DNA of 64,000 nucleotides, from the NCBI GenBank assembly GCA_025594325.1, contig JANHCV010000005.1, forward strand, positions 1,674,001 through 1,738,000. Reading direction: 5' to 3'. The notes beneath the pieces are model-generated. The model saw nothing but the letters and a program-made list of their open reading frames with translations. It did no database searches and had not been told where the DNA came from. The DNA comes from Blastocladiella emersonii ATCC 22665 (taxonomy: Eukaryota > Fungi > Blastocladiomycota). Numbering within the stretch: position 1 is the stretch's first letter; every line of letters starts with the position of its first letter. Both the position numbers and the translations under genes were made by a program. Shown here piece by piece: positions 22,231 through 33,696 of the stretch.

Positions 22231-22626
22231 AGCTGCGGATTGTGTTGCTGCACCAACGTCGCGCCAATCACCAATCCTTTGGCGGGCAACCGAGGTTGTC
22301 GAATCCTTGAGCACGAGATTACTGACTTTACGAGATTACTGACCTTTCTGATTTCCGTTGAAAATGCATTTTATGTTGGATTGATCCTGCTCTAGGAACG
22401 GTGCGTTCATCGCGTTCTCGGCTGCATCAGGTCCAGCCTGCCGGGCGAACGGACCTCGAGATGCGGCGCCCCAGCATGCTGCGAGGTTGTCGAAAATGCC
22501 TCAGAACAGGCTGTGACGCGTCGAAGGTAAGCGAGCGACCAGCTCACCCAGGAAGTCGCGCGCTCAAACGACAAATGAATACTAAGGTTACACGTTGACG
22601 ATTCTACATGACAGGAACAAAGACTC

Positions 22627-25305
22627 CTAGATCCGCAGCGCATGAATGCCGACGCTGTAGTCGCAGGCCAGCGTTGCGAGTCGGCGTGCACCGTTTGGCG
22701 CGAACGCGAGCGCCTGGACCCTGCGATTAGCCTGGATGTCGGCGTTGGTCTGGGTCGGGCCGAGACAGGGATCCGTGGTCGGGTTGTACTGTGACCGAAC
22801 GTAACGCAGGTCCCACACCATGACGCCGCCAGCCTGGCCCAAGGCGCCCGTCGCTGGCGACTTGACGTCGTTGGTGCCGGTCACGAAATACTGGTTCTGG
22901 TACGGGTCAATGGCCGCGGCATGGTACCGCGACAGGTTGGTGGTGGACGCGAAACCCCAGACGGCCTGCGCGGTGCGCGTCATGTCCGCGTTCGGCGCGG
23001 CCTGCAGCGTACGCGTGTCGATGACGCCGAACTGCGACTCGGTGGACGCGAGCGAGTAGTAGACGAGGTGCGGGTCGGCCGGCGTCGCGATGACCTGGTT
23101 CACGCGCTGGCCCTTGACAAACGTTGACCACTTGGTCACGTTCTTCTCGAGGTCCGTGCACGCGAGCCGGCCGTCGAGCCCGCCCGTGAACAGCGCCTTG
23201 TTGACGAGCGCCATGCTGTTGATGAGCGACGTGTGCGCCGACGGTACGTCGTACTGCCGGTAGTCCTCGGCCGCCTGTAGAACGCCTGGGTACGTGCCGC
23301 CCGGCAGCTCTGCGAGCTTCCACAGGTGGATTTTCCACTCGGTGCTGCGGCCCGCCGTCACAAACACGCGCGGGTCGAGCGGGTCGGCCGTGAGCGCCGA
23401 CATGTCGTTCGTGTACGGCACAAAGTCGAACGTGTGGTCGGTCGTGGTCACGTTGCCGCCCGCAACGTTGACCGTCAGCATGCCGAGCCGCTTCTCGTCC
23501 TTGATCGCACCTTCGCCCGACCGGTGCGTGACGACTGCGAGGTGCGAGTCGCCGACGAAAGCCATGGCCTCGAACCGTAGCGTCTCGTCGGCTTGGAACA
23601 CGGCGCGGTGCAGCACGCGTCGGTAGCGCGTGTCAACGAACCGCGCGCCGCTGTCCAGGTGCGAGATCACGATCATGTCCGACGCCGCGGCCGACGGGAG
23701 CCACAGGATCCCGCGCGGCTTGCGCTGGGTGAGGTTCCTCATCACCGTTGAAGACTCAAAGCCGAGCAGCGACGCCGTCGTCACGGGGACCTCGGCGGCA
23801 GCAGCAGGTGGTGCGCGTACACGCGGAGCCGTGGGTGCAGGAGCGACCTCGCGTTCAGTGATGCGAACAACCTCAGGACGTACTGCTGGCGTAGGAACAC
23901 GCGCGGGCGGAGCCGCCTGCGTGGGCGCGCTCAGCGTGGCGCCGAGCTGCGTGAGCGCGGTGCGGATCGGCTGCTCCTCGGCGTCGCTTCCCGACAACGC
24001 TTCCACGATCGCCGCAACAGCCTCGCGCCGCTCAGCCCCAAGCGCGGCGCGCTGTGCGCGTAGCGCCGCAACCTGCTCGTCGAGATCGGCTGCACGTGCG
24101 TCGAGTTCGGCCGCACGTGTGTCGAGAGACTGGAGCCGTGCGACGGCCTCCTCGACGGATCTGAGCGCAGCGAGAGCGTGCCGCGGGACCGCGTCAGCGA
24201 CGACGGCGACTGGCGGTGCGGGCGGTGCGCCGACGACAATGGGATTGACCGAAGGCGCGAGCGGAGTAGAGCCGGACGCGTTCGACTGGTAGTCGACCTC
24301 CGTAAGCCCATACGGGGCCTGCGCGAACAGGTGCGGGGCCGCGTCGGGAGCCGTGAGCTCGGCGGGTGCAATAGACGGGGTCGGTGCGGGCGGACGGTCG
24401 CTGGACGGGACAGCGGCGCGAGGAGCACTTGGTGCAGGTGCGGGGGCAGGGGCGGGATCGTGGTTCCGCTGCCGCTTCGTAACGCGCGCCGCGGCTTCGG
24501 CATTGCTCTGCCGCTTCTCCGGTTGGCGGCGCGGGTCCGTCGGCGGCGGCCGCACGGGTTGTTGCGCTTGCTGGGGTTCAGCAGCGGTCAGGGCGGCGGA
24601 CGACGCGGGCCCGCTCTCGACCACGCGCGGTTGAGGTGGCGGTGGCGGTGGCGAGATGGCGTCGTTGTCGACGTAGACGACCTCGCGCGGCCTCGGCCGC
24701 TGCTGCTGCTCGGCGCGGACACGCGAATGCTGGATCCGCTCCCGCTCGCGCGTCGTTTCATTGCCCGAGCTGCGCTGCTGCTGCTGGATCTGGTTCTCGC
24801 TCTGCACAAGCGTGACGCGCTCGATCTGCGCCTGCTGTTGCATCGGGCCGGCCGAGCGGTGGCTGCGATCGCCATCGTAGTCGTCGCGCGGCCGGTTACC
24901 GCTTCGCTCGCCACGGCTCACGTTCCCGCCGTTACTGTCGTTGCGGTTGTTGGGCAGCTGCGGCGCCGACGAGCGACTCGACTCCCGCTGAAAATGAGGC
25001 GCGACCTGCCGGTCGGACCCGCCGCGGTACTCGGTGTCGCGCGTGTGCGCGTCGTTTCGGCCGCGGCGGTCACGATCACGGTCCCAGTCGCGGTCGCGGT
25101 CGTCGTAGCCGTATCCATCATCATCATAGCCGTAGCCGTAGCCGTCTTCGTCGCGGAGACGGCTCCTGCTCGCGCGGGAGTGGTGACTGTCGCGGCTGCT
25201 GCTGCGGCTGTCTCCATTGTCCTCGAGCTTGATCTGACGGGCACTGCGTGCGCCTGCCGCCCTGCCGCTGCGGTAGTCGGTTGGGCGGCCGCGACTGTGT
25301 TCCAC
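22627..25305 (-). CDS. WD40-repeat protein with low-complexity N-terminus and coiled coil
   Basis: 892-aa ORF with FVTAGRSTEWKIHLWKL, AHTSLINSM...LFTGGLDGRL and VMVWDLR. The ORF start directly follows a TTTTGCAG acceptor-like site, so an upstream exon is likely. Confidence 0.8.
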   Translation of the reverse strand: MEHSRGRPTDYRSGRAAGARSARQIKLEDNGDSRSSSRDSHHSRASRSRLRDEDGYGYGYDDDGYGYDDRDRDWDRDRDRRGRNDAHTRDTEYRGGSDRQVAPHFQRESSRSSAPQLPNNRNDSNGGNVSRGERSGNRPRDDYDGDRSHRSAGPMQQQAQIERVTLVQSENQIQQQQRSSGNETTRERERIQHSRVRAEQQQRPRPREVVYVDNDAISPPPPPPQPRVVESGPASSAALTAAEPQQAQQPVRPPPTDPRRQPEKRQSNAEAAARVTKRQRNHDPAPAPAPAPSAPRAAVPSSDRPPAPTPSIAPAELTAPDAAPHLFAQAPYGLTEVDYQSNASGSTPLAPSVNPIVVGAPPAPPVAVVADAVPRHALAALRSVEEAVARLQSLDTRAAELDARAADLDEQVAALRAQRAALGAERREAVAAIVEALSGSDAEEQPIRTALTQLGATLSAPTQAAPPARVPTPAVRPEVVRITEREVAPAPTAPRVRAPPAAAAEVPVTTASLLGFESSTVMRNLTQRKPRGILWLPSAAASDMIVISHLDSGARFVDTRYRRVLHRAVFQADETLRFEAMAFVGDSHLAVVTHRSGEGAIKDEKRLGMLTVNVAGGNVTTTDHTFDFVPYTNDMSALTADPLDPRVFVTAGRSTEWKIHLWKLAELPGGTYPGVLQAAEDYRQYDVPSAHTSLINSMALVNKALFTGGLDGRLACTDLEKNVTKWSTFVKGQRVNQVIATPADPHLVYYSLASTESQFGVIDTRTLQAAPNADMTRTAQAVWGFASTTNLSRYHAAAIDPYQNQYFVTGTNDVKSPATGALGQAGGVMVWDLRYVRSQYNPTTDPCLGPTQTNADIQANRRVQALAFAPNGARRLATLACDYSVGIHALRI

Positions 25306-26095
25306 TGCAAAAGGTGTGTTTGCCAGCTTCGACTATGAGTCAGTAGATGGCGGAGGCGGCGCGAGGTATCGAGCCGCCGCCGCTGGGCGGACCCTGATCG
25401 GAACAGCGAATTGTCTCGCACATGAAGTAAACAAGGGGTGGCGGGTCAGGGGCTTCCTTTCTTTTTTACGTCGCCCAAACCAACGATATTGAGTGAGACT
25501 TAGTAAAGCGGGCTGGTCGGGAGACATGCGAGACGCGTCACTGAGCGCTCACCGCGCTGATCCAAGTTGCCGTTATTCGGCTCTCCATCGCAGTGCATCG
25601 GTCCCTGTCTTCATCTAGCGCCCGCTTCTCTATCAAAGTAATCACCTTGAAGTGATACAAGTTTCCTAGCTCTCTCATGAGCCGTTTCCAGTCAATCAAC
25701 CGGCTAGGTATTTCGATCAATTTCATTGGCAGCCCTGTCCACCTTATTCGTGAGTTACTTGTCAAAGGTTAGGTTCAGGTTCCAGGTGGGTGGCGTCCGT
25801 TTGCAGTTGGTGGACTCGGATGCGAACCAACGGAGCTTGAAGACGTGACGCGCCACCCACGTGAAGTGGCTCAAGCACTCGGATCAATTTTAGCCACTGT
25901 TTCAGGCTGAGAGTGCGGCGGTGCCGGCTCAAGCCACAACACCCGTCCAATCACTCGTCGCTCGTTCGGGGGCAGCATTCCGTACACCGCCACGCACGCA
26001 ACGACGTGATGTGCTGTCCGCCGATGGCCAACTCGCGCTCCTTCCTGATCCAGAACACTTCTCTCCCTGCCAGTCTTGATGCCAGACTTGATGCA

Positions 26096-27873
26096 ATGAA
26101 TCACATGAAACTACCTCTCTTGCTTGTTGCAGCGCTGGTCGCGTTCCTCGCTTGCGCCGCTCAGCCGGCCCATGCTGCCTTGATCAACAATCCGGCCGTC
26201 GTTTACATCCCGTCTCTCAAGCGCTTGTATCAGTTTGGCGGGTATACCGAGATTGTTGACCAGATGCTGGCCACCGCGCGGTACCTCGATCTCAGCCAGC
26301 CCTTCCCGATCGACAAACCGCCGTTTACTTCGCTGCCCGATCTTCCCGTGCCCGCGTCGCAGCTGATTCCGCTCGTCTACCGAGGCGCGAAAGACGGTGA
26401 ATTCGTCATCGAGCTCTCAACGGGCACAATCCGCCGTCCGACCGCCACCAACAGCACCACCAACAGCACCACCAACAGCACCACCAACAGCACCACCAAC
26501 AGCAATCCCACGTCCAGCAACACCACCATGTCCAACTCGGCCGTGTGGCGGTACGACGTGCCCGCCCACACGGTGCGCACTCTCGATGCCAAGACCGACG
26601 CCAGCTTTCGTATCTGTGCGCGGTCGGCCACGACGCTTCCGATCCAGGAGTGGTTTGGGCCGGCCGTTGCGCAATCGGAAACCGACAACTCGATGTACTG
26701 TTTCGGCGGTTATCTGCCCGACCGCCTAAGCCATCCCAATACCGACGTGCTTCGCGCTGCGGGCGCCAACGGCAACTTGCGCGTCTTGAAATCGATGAAG
26801 CCGGGCCCGCCGCCTCGCTTCAGTGGCGTCATGACCCGCCTCAACTCGACCATGGCGATTCTCTCTGGCGGCGCCTTGGAGACCCAGAGCGAGGTTTTGT
26901 TCGATACCTGGCTGTTCAACGTTTCGGCTTCGACGTGGTCCCTGTACCCTCACTCCCTTCTTGCCGGGCGCGAAGCGCACCAGCTCCTTGGGTACACGGC
27001 GCCAAACGGGCGCCATTACGCTATCACGATTGGCGACGGGTCGCCGCTCATCGAGTACTTTGACTTGACGCGGTTGAGCCCTGCGACGCTCGGTTTGATT
27101 AAAAACGCGGCGGACGGCCCGCGCAACGTTTACTACAACTCGGCTGTCCTTCTGGGCAACCAGATCCTGCTGATTGGAGGCTTCATGGTACGTTCTCACC
27201 ACCTTGCACTGGAGCGCGAGCAACATCTAACACACGCATTCTTCAGATCGGTGCGCCTGACCAGCGCGAGATGCGCGTCCTCAAAATCGTGCCGAACGAC
27301 TCTGGCCTCGAATTCGAGTGGTCCACGACGTTTACCCCGCCGACCTCAGCCGAGCTCGCGCAAGCGTACGGACTCAACGCGAGCCCGACCGCTTCCCCGA
27401 ACGCGACTGGTACCTCGATGCCCGACAACTCGCTCGCTTCGAATCAGCCCTCGTCCTCGTTCCCGGTCCTTCCTGTCGCTCTTGGCGCGGGTGCTGCCGT
27501 GGTTGTGCTTCTCGGCGCGGCGGTCGTTTTCTTCGTGCGCAGACGGCGTAACGCGGCGGCCAAGTCGACCGTAATGGTCCAGCGTCTGGACCGAGCGGCG
27601 GCGTTCGAGGACGGCACGCTCTTGCTTCCCGCCAACCTCCTGGGCAACGACAACGGGACGCTACTTCTGCCCGCTCAACCTGTCGCTTACGATGATGGAA
27701 CCCTGGTTCTTCCTCCAAGCGCCAGTCATGCTGACATCGGGACACTGCTGCTTCCTTCTCCCGAGGATCAGCAACAGATCCTGAGCCCGGACGCAGCACC
27801 TGGCAAGAACGACGTGGTCCCGATCCAACCAGTGCCGTTGATGCCTGACGAATTTGTCACGAAGTCCAAGTAG
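26096..27873 (+). CDS. secreted kelch/galactose-oxidase-like beta-propeller, single-pass membrane protein
   Basis: Signal peptide MKLPLLLVAALVAFLACA; kelch motifs LYQFGG, MYCFGG, ILSGG, ILLIGG; intron 27188-27246; TM segment VALGAGAAVVVLLGAAVVFFV followed by RRRR. Confidence 0.8.
26447..26503 (+). repeat. 12-bp tandem repeat encoding (TNST)n
   Basis: ACCAACAGCACC repeated about 4.7 times. Confidence 0.9.
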
Positions 27874-28117
27874 GGCAAGGTCGGCGGACCAGTATTGCAC
27901 GTTGCGATTGATAAAACATTGTTTCTTCGTCACCGAGCCGCTCCCCTGTCTGGCCCATCAGCACCCTTTTGCCCGAGCTCGCCAAGGTGTTGGTAAACGA
28001 ACCAAGCGACGGCCACCGACGCGAACTCGCGCTCGACTTTCTCGCCCTGGCGCTGCAATGAACCAAAATTCGAGTGTTATACATGGCGCGAGGTATCAAT
28101 CCAAAGAAAAACTACAT

Positions 28118-30142
28118 TCACACCGCAGCAGGGACCTCCTCGCCCTCCGCCGCACTCGCGACCGCGTCCTGGATCTCAGACAGCGCCTTGATCACGGCGC
28201 GGTTCCGCTCCTCGCGCATGCGCTCGAGCGCCTCGATCCCGCCGCCGTCCTCGCCGTGGACCGCGCGGAGTGCGCGCGGCGTGGCGGTGAACTGGCGCAG
28301 CTCGGCCGAGAACTCGGACTCGGGGCGGTTCGCCTTGGCCCACTCGCGCAGCTTCTCGGTGCGCGCGAGGGCGCGGACGCGGCGGTCGTGGTCGACGGGC
28401 GTGGCGGCGATCTCGTCGAGGATCCCCGTGACGGCGTCGTCCCACTGGTTCTCGGCGGCCTCGTCCTCGTCGATGCGCGGAACGAAAGCCGGCTGTCGCG
28501 GGACCACGTTCTCGACGCCGCGCTCGTCGGCGAGGTCGGCGACGCGGCGCAGCTGGCCGATGAGCGCGTTGATGGCGTCGAGGCGGTCGGCCGCATCGTC
28601 GACGGCGACCTCGGCGTCGTTGAGCGCGTGCTGCTCGGCGACAACGCGCTGCAGCTCCGACTCCCAGATGCGCTTCCACGCGGGGGTCACGGCGTCGATG
28701 CGCGTAACGGTCTCGGTGACGAGCTGGGCGACAGCGGCGCCCTCGGTCTGTGCGTAGTCGAGCGTCGCGCGCGAGGGGACCGCGGACCGCTGGACCATGT
28801 CGAGGCGGACCTGCTCGACGGTATCGGCGAGGTCGGCGGTGCGCGCGCGCAGCTCGGCGGCGGCGCGCTCGATGGCGGGCTTGGCGTGGGTGACGACGCC
28901 GCGGTGCAGGGCGCCGGCGCCGTCCTCGGACGCGGCGAGCGCGGCGCGCGTCACCTGCTGCGTGACGGTCGCGACCAGGTCCGCGAACGACGCCTGCTGG
29001 TCGAGGATGTCGGCGCGGAAGTCGTCGAGCTCGCGCCGCAGCGTGTACACGGCGCCAAGCTTGAACCGGATCCCCGTCGCGTGCGACTGCGGCGCCGTCG
29101 ACGGGTGCGCGGCGGGACCCGGCAGGACGAGCGGGGACACGGGGATCGAGCCGGGCGGCGGGGGCAGCAGCTTGAGGATGCACCCGTCGTGCAGGTCGTG
29201 CGTCAGGTCCTCGAGCTCAAAGAACTGGCGCGAGTCGCGGTCCTGCACGTAGATCTTGGGGAACGGCGTCGACGGGACGAGCTGGAACCGGTGGACGAAC
29301 AGCGCCTGCAGGCCCGCGAGCGTGAGCGAGGCCGCGTCGTCGACCTTGACGCGCTTGACCTGGTCCTCGTACTGCAGGAACAGCTTGCGGATCGGCTCGA
29401 TGATGTCGACCGTCTGGTTCGGCGCGACGGTCGACTTTGGTTTGGTGGCGGCGACGCCACCGGCGCCGCCAGGCGGCTTCTCGGCGGCCTGCAGGTACTG
29501 CCGGTGCTTGTCCTGCAGGCTCCGGATGAGGTGGTGGACGAGCACGTTGATCTGCTCGTTGGCGGCGCTGCTCTCGGCCTCGACGATGATGCTGGCGCGC
29601 GCGGCGGCGAGCTCGGGCGAGACGTCGCCGGAACTTGCAATCGACGCCGTGAGGGCGGGCGAGTTGGCGGGGTTGGACCGCGATACGAGGTCCTCAATGG
29701 ACCCGCGCAGGTCGTCGGGGAACGTGCGCAGATCGGCGACGTCGATCTGGTTGGCCTCGAGCACGTCGAGCGTGTGGAAGAACTCCTTGACGACGGCCGT
29801 GTACAGCAGCGAGACGTGCTCGTCGGTGACCTCGGACACGTCCAGCACGCTGAGCAGCAGCTGGCGGCACGAGCCCGTGATGCGCTTGATGCTGGTGTGG
29901 ATGAGCATGGACGCGTCCTGCGACGCCGAGACGAGCAGGTTGGCGGCGACGGTCGAGGTGCCCGCCAGGGAGATGGACGAGACGGGGTCGCCGTCGCGCG
30001 CGCCCGCGGTGGCGTCGTCGAGCGCTTTCGCCGTGTTGGGCAGCAGCGACCCGAGCGCCTTGGGGATCGGCACGTACGGCAGCCAGCCCGTCCCGGACAT
30101 GGTGCCGAGCCTGCGGCGCGCCCGCGCGGCGAGGCTGCTCAT
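28118..30142 (-). CDS. BUD6: actin-interacting protein 3 / Bud6 polarisome protein
   Basis: LFLQYEDQVKRV...LTLAGLQALFVHRF...PKIYVQDRDSRQFFELEDL...DGCILKL, plus IDVADLRTFPDDLRGSIE and a C-terminal coiled coil, typical of AIP3. Confidence 0.85.
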   Translation of the reverse strand: MSSLAARARRRLGTMSGTGWLPYVPIPKALGSLLPNTAKALDDATAGARDGDPVSSISLAGTSTVAANLLVSASQDASMLIHTSIKRITGSCRQLLLSVLDVSEVTDEHVSLLYTAVVKEFFHTLDVLEANQIDVADLRTFPDDLRGSIEDLVSRSNPANSPALTASIASSGDVSPELAAARASIIVEAESSAANEQINVLVHHLIRSLQDKHRQYLQAAEKPPGGAGGVAATKPKSTVAPNQTVDIIEPIRKLFLQYEDQVKRVKVDDAASLTLAGLQALFVHRFQLVPSTPFPKIYVQDRDSRQFFELEDLTHDLHDGCILKLLPPPPGSIPVSPLVLPGPAAHPSTAPQSHATGIRFKLGAVYTLRRELDDFRADILDQQASFADLVATVTQQVTRAALAASEDGAGALHRGVVTHAKPAIERAAAELRARTADLADTVEQVRLDMVQRSAVPSRATLDYAQTEGAAVAQLVTETVTRIDAVTPAWKRIWESELQRVVAEQHALNDAEVAVDDAADRLDAINALIGQLRRVADLADERGVENVVPRQPAFVPRIDEDEAAENQWDDAVTGILDEIAATPVDHDRRVRALARTEKLREWAKANRPESEFSAELRQFTATPRALRAVHGEDGGGIEALERMREERNRAVIKALSEIQDAVASAAEGEEVPAAV

Positions 30143-30596
30143 GGTGGCGGGAGGTGGCGGTGGTCGGTCGAGTACGGGTTCTGCGGTCGGCAGAGTCGTC
30201 TATGATAGTGTGCTGATCGGGTTGCGCGAGGTTACTCGTCAAGATCCATGGTATGGGGCGTGGTTTTCAGCGGAAAAGGAGGAAGGGCGGAGGAGGGCGA
30301 GGCGCCACAAGAGTGAATCTGGTGGCGCTGCCCAAGCCCCACCCACGTGGGCCACGCGCGAGTGACCGACGCGATCGGCGGCCCGGCGCGCACCTGTTCG
30401 GGGACCTTGGCAGGTCAGCAGACGAAAATCGAAACACATGGCCGCTGTTGAGTGCAACGGAAGACCAGTGTGGGCGAAGAAGAGTTGCGTTTCGCGTCAA
30501 GCCGAGTGAGGCGAGTCACCCCGCAGAACGGCCGGTTCTCACGGCGCGCGACGCGTCCACGCTCTCGCCGCGTCCACCGAAACTCCAATCCTCGCA

Positions 30597-31793
30597 ATAC
30601 TAAGCTCATGCAACTCCCCGCAAGGTGATCGGGCCGTCGAGGCGAGCCCGATAAGCCTGGCAGCGGTCCCGTCTGAGGTTCTTGCTGATATCATGGCGCT
30701 CGCGGGACGACGCAACTGCATGCTCACGGCGAGCCGCGAGCTCTACGAGTCAGCCAAGTCAAAACGCGTTAAGCTTTCCTGGATGATCTCATTCTTGGCG
30801 GTCAACACACATCCGACCGCTTTGTACGTCTATCCCACGTCTGGAGCTTTGACTCTGCGCTCCGACCTTGGCGCGTATCTCGAGCAGCAATACTTTTGCG
30901 CGGGCAACCCACCCGAGCCTTCTCTACCGTCTACGTCATTCCTCGAGGCAGCACTCGATTGCCTACTCGACTCGGTTCCAGAGTTTTGCCCACTTGACGA
31001 CGCGTCAATCGCCCAGGACAGAGTCAAACGGGCCCAGAGCCTCCTTGAGCGCCAGGTAGCCGCCATCAAGCCTCGAATGCAATGCTTTACGGATTCTCCG
31101 GCTATCTCGATCGCGCAGATCCTCATTTACGCCACGACCCTTCGCGAGTCGGCTGGTCTACGAGATATGCTTTCCCAAATCGTCGACCGTGCGAACCTCC
31201 TCCTTTGCGTCACGCTGCCTCTCTCGACATGGAATCGCATGCTTGCCGCGTCGTATAACACCGACTGGGAGTTGGAGTTTGCCCGAAACCGCAAATCCAA
31301 CTTAGGCGTCCGCTTCGTCACGTTCCTTGGCCTCTCGGCGCTAGGCCGATGGGACGCGGATCTGTTCGAACTGCTCACCGATGGCACGTTTCCGGTCGAC
31401 CGAGACGCGATTGTCACGCACCTCCGCCACGGAAAGTTTGTCGTGCTCGCGCTCGAGAAACTCGAATTTTTGAAGGCTCCGCCCACCGACGATATCATTC
31501 GCATCCTCGACTGGGTCATCGAGCACGTGTGGGAGGAGGGCGCCCGTACTGTTGGCGGCAAACCTCTGGAATCGTACTTGAACTTCAAGCATCTGGCGGC
31601 GATGCTCTCTCACATCAAGCGTCATCCCAAGCTCTACCTGACGCCCCAGAGTGGCTCGCGTCCCGGCACGAATGCCGCTGGATCAGCAACTCCTCGCGCC
31701 CAAGCGACCAGTTCTGCCGCGCGCTCGGCTCCCGACCTCGAGCTCTCATCGCTCAAAAAGGCGCTACCGGGGCTTCGCGGCATGTTTAACTAA
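30597..31793 (+). CDS. F-box-like array copy 1; ancestral ATG mutated to ATA
   Basis: ATA CTA AGC TCA TGC AAC replaces ATG TTA AGC TCA TGC AAC. Motif LAAVPSEVLADIMALA lies upstream of the first ATG (30693). Ends SSLKKALPGLRGMFN. Confidence 0.65.
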   Translation: MLSSCNSPQGDRAVEASPISLAAVPSEVLADIMALAGRRNCMLTASRELYESAKSKRVKLSWMISFLAVNTHPTALYVYPTSGALTLRSDLGAYLEQQYFCAGNPPEPSLPSTSFLEAALDCLLDSVPEFCPLDDASIAQDRVKRAQSLLERQVAAIKPRMQCFTDSPAISIAQILIYATTLRESAGLRDMLSQIVDRANLLLCVTLPLSTWNRMLAASYNTDWELEFARNRKSNLGVRFVTFLGLSALGRWDADLFELLTDGTFPVDRDAIVTHLRHGKFVVLALEKLEFLKAPPTDDIIRILDWVIEHVWEEGARTVGGKPLESYLNFKHLAAMLSHIKRHPKLYLTPQSGSRPGTNAAGSATPRAQATSSAARSAPDLELSSLKKALPGLRGMFN

Positions 31794-32157
31794 CGCGACG
31801 TCGGTTGTCTCGTGAGCCGCGTCTTTCAATTGGCTCGAAGTTAAATATAACGGTGTTTTCGTGATCGGACATGCCGTTGCCATCGAGTCGGGTACGCTCA
31901 GCCTCTTGATTGCGACGAGAGCCTCGATTTGAGAATCTTGGCAAAGTCGAGGATGAACTTGACGGCTACGCCAAAATCGCGTTCCATCAAAGTCTTCGAT
32001 TGCGGCGCCACGATTTAGATTTAGTGATGAGGGCGGTGATGTGTTGGGCGGGGTGAATCACGCTTCGAATGTGGCGCACGGACGCGCGTCGTTCAAAACG
32101 CGTTCGCTCGCGCAGCCCGCATCCGCGCTACCCGCAACGCACGCGACACTCCCCGCA

Positions 32158-33357
32158 ATGTTAAGCTCATGCAACTTCCCGTAAAACAACCAGGCTGTCA
32201 TGGCGGACCCGCTCGGCCTTGCCACGCTCCCGTCCGACCTCCTTGCCAACATCGTCATCCTCGCGACGCCTTGCCACCGCGTGCTTACTGCCAGCCGCGA
32301 CCTCTCAGAGTCGACAGACTCGAAGCGCCTCAAGCTGGCTTGAATGAACGCAGTCTTCTCGCTCAAGACTACCCCGGAAGCTTTCCATGCCTATCAGTCT
32401 CGCTCAGGCTTGACCGTACACACCAAGTTCGGCGCGTACCTCGAACAGGACTTAGCCAACTTGGCCACGGCTCCCATGGGTCCCCGCTGCATGACCCTTG
32501 TTTTCAATGCGTTTGATTGCCTCCTTCGCACCTTGCCGGTGGACTTCAGCACCATCCCTGACAATGCCATCAAGGACCTCCGCCTTCCTCTGGCCGATGC
32601 ACAGCTTCGCCGCCGGGTGAGCGCCGCCGGCGACCAAGTGTATCTCTTTAAAAAGTTTGCTGCATTTTCCGTCATTCAGATCGTGCTCTACATCTACTGC
32701 GAAATGTATTGGCTCGCCAAGCACTACGTCTTGGTCGAGATTGTCAAGCGCGCGGACATTCTCATGTCCATCTCGATGCCGTTTGCTTCGTAGATGCGTG
32801 CGACTTCTGTCGCGTTCGATGTACTATGGGAAAGTGAGTTTGCTCGCGACCGCTCGGCGTATAACCTGCCGGTTCGGATGGCTTGTTTCCTCGGGCTCTC
32901 GTCGCTTCACCGCTGGGACGTAGACGGCTTTTTCTTGGTCGTCGAGGGCAACTTTTCAGTTGATCGAGAGTTGCTCGTCTGCCTCTCGACCTGTAACAGG
33001 TTCATCACGCTTGCGCTCATCAACCTTCAGCATTTCTATGTTCCCGCTAAAGCCGTCATCCGCATCCTCGACTGGCTGATCGAGAATACTTGGGCAGACG
33101 GACGCGCCTTCATCAGCAACCATCTCGAAGCTTTCTTGGCCCACCCGCGTCTCGCTGAAATTCTCACGCATGTCAAGCGCCATCCCAAACTTCATCCGAG
33201 TCGCCAGGACGTGTCACGACGCGACCATCGTGCCGCAGGCCAAGCACCCACTACCGCTCGTCCATCGACTTCTGCGGCCGCGTCGGGCGCGGGAACGGCC
33301 ATGGACGTTTCGTCGCTCAAGGACGCGCTCCCCGGGCTCCGTGGCATGTTCAAGTAG
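32158..33357 (+). pseudogene. F-box-like array copy 2
   Basis: In-frame stops at 32182 (TAA), 32341 (TGA) and 32791 (TAG), otherwise collinear with copy 3. Ends SSLKDALPGLRGMFK. Confidence 0.85.
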
Positions 33358-33696
33358 GTTAAGGCTGTTTGTCGGAGCTCTCCCTTGTGGGCCGCAGAGC
33401 TGAATAACAGTCAGCTCTCTTCAACTCCTTGCGTACGCCAGCTGCGCGTGAGACGAAGGCAGCATCGCTGGAATCGCTTGATCGCAGGTCAAGGCTGAAG
33501 TGAATGGAGAAGGCGACGAACCATGTAATTTCGGCCCACTACAGTACACGGCTGGGCCATGGCGGCCCAAGCGAGGGGGGCGACAGATATGCCAGAGCGC
33601 TTGAAGCTCGCGCCGCGCCGAGACGCGAGTTCACACGCGTCGCCGTGCACCACGCGTCCCCGCTCCGTTTGTCACCACCCACAGACACTCCCCGCC

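Noticed and set aside
25538-25950. Short AT-richer ORFs between the WD40 and kelch genes
   Set aside because: No codon bias or recognisable motif; probably intergenic.
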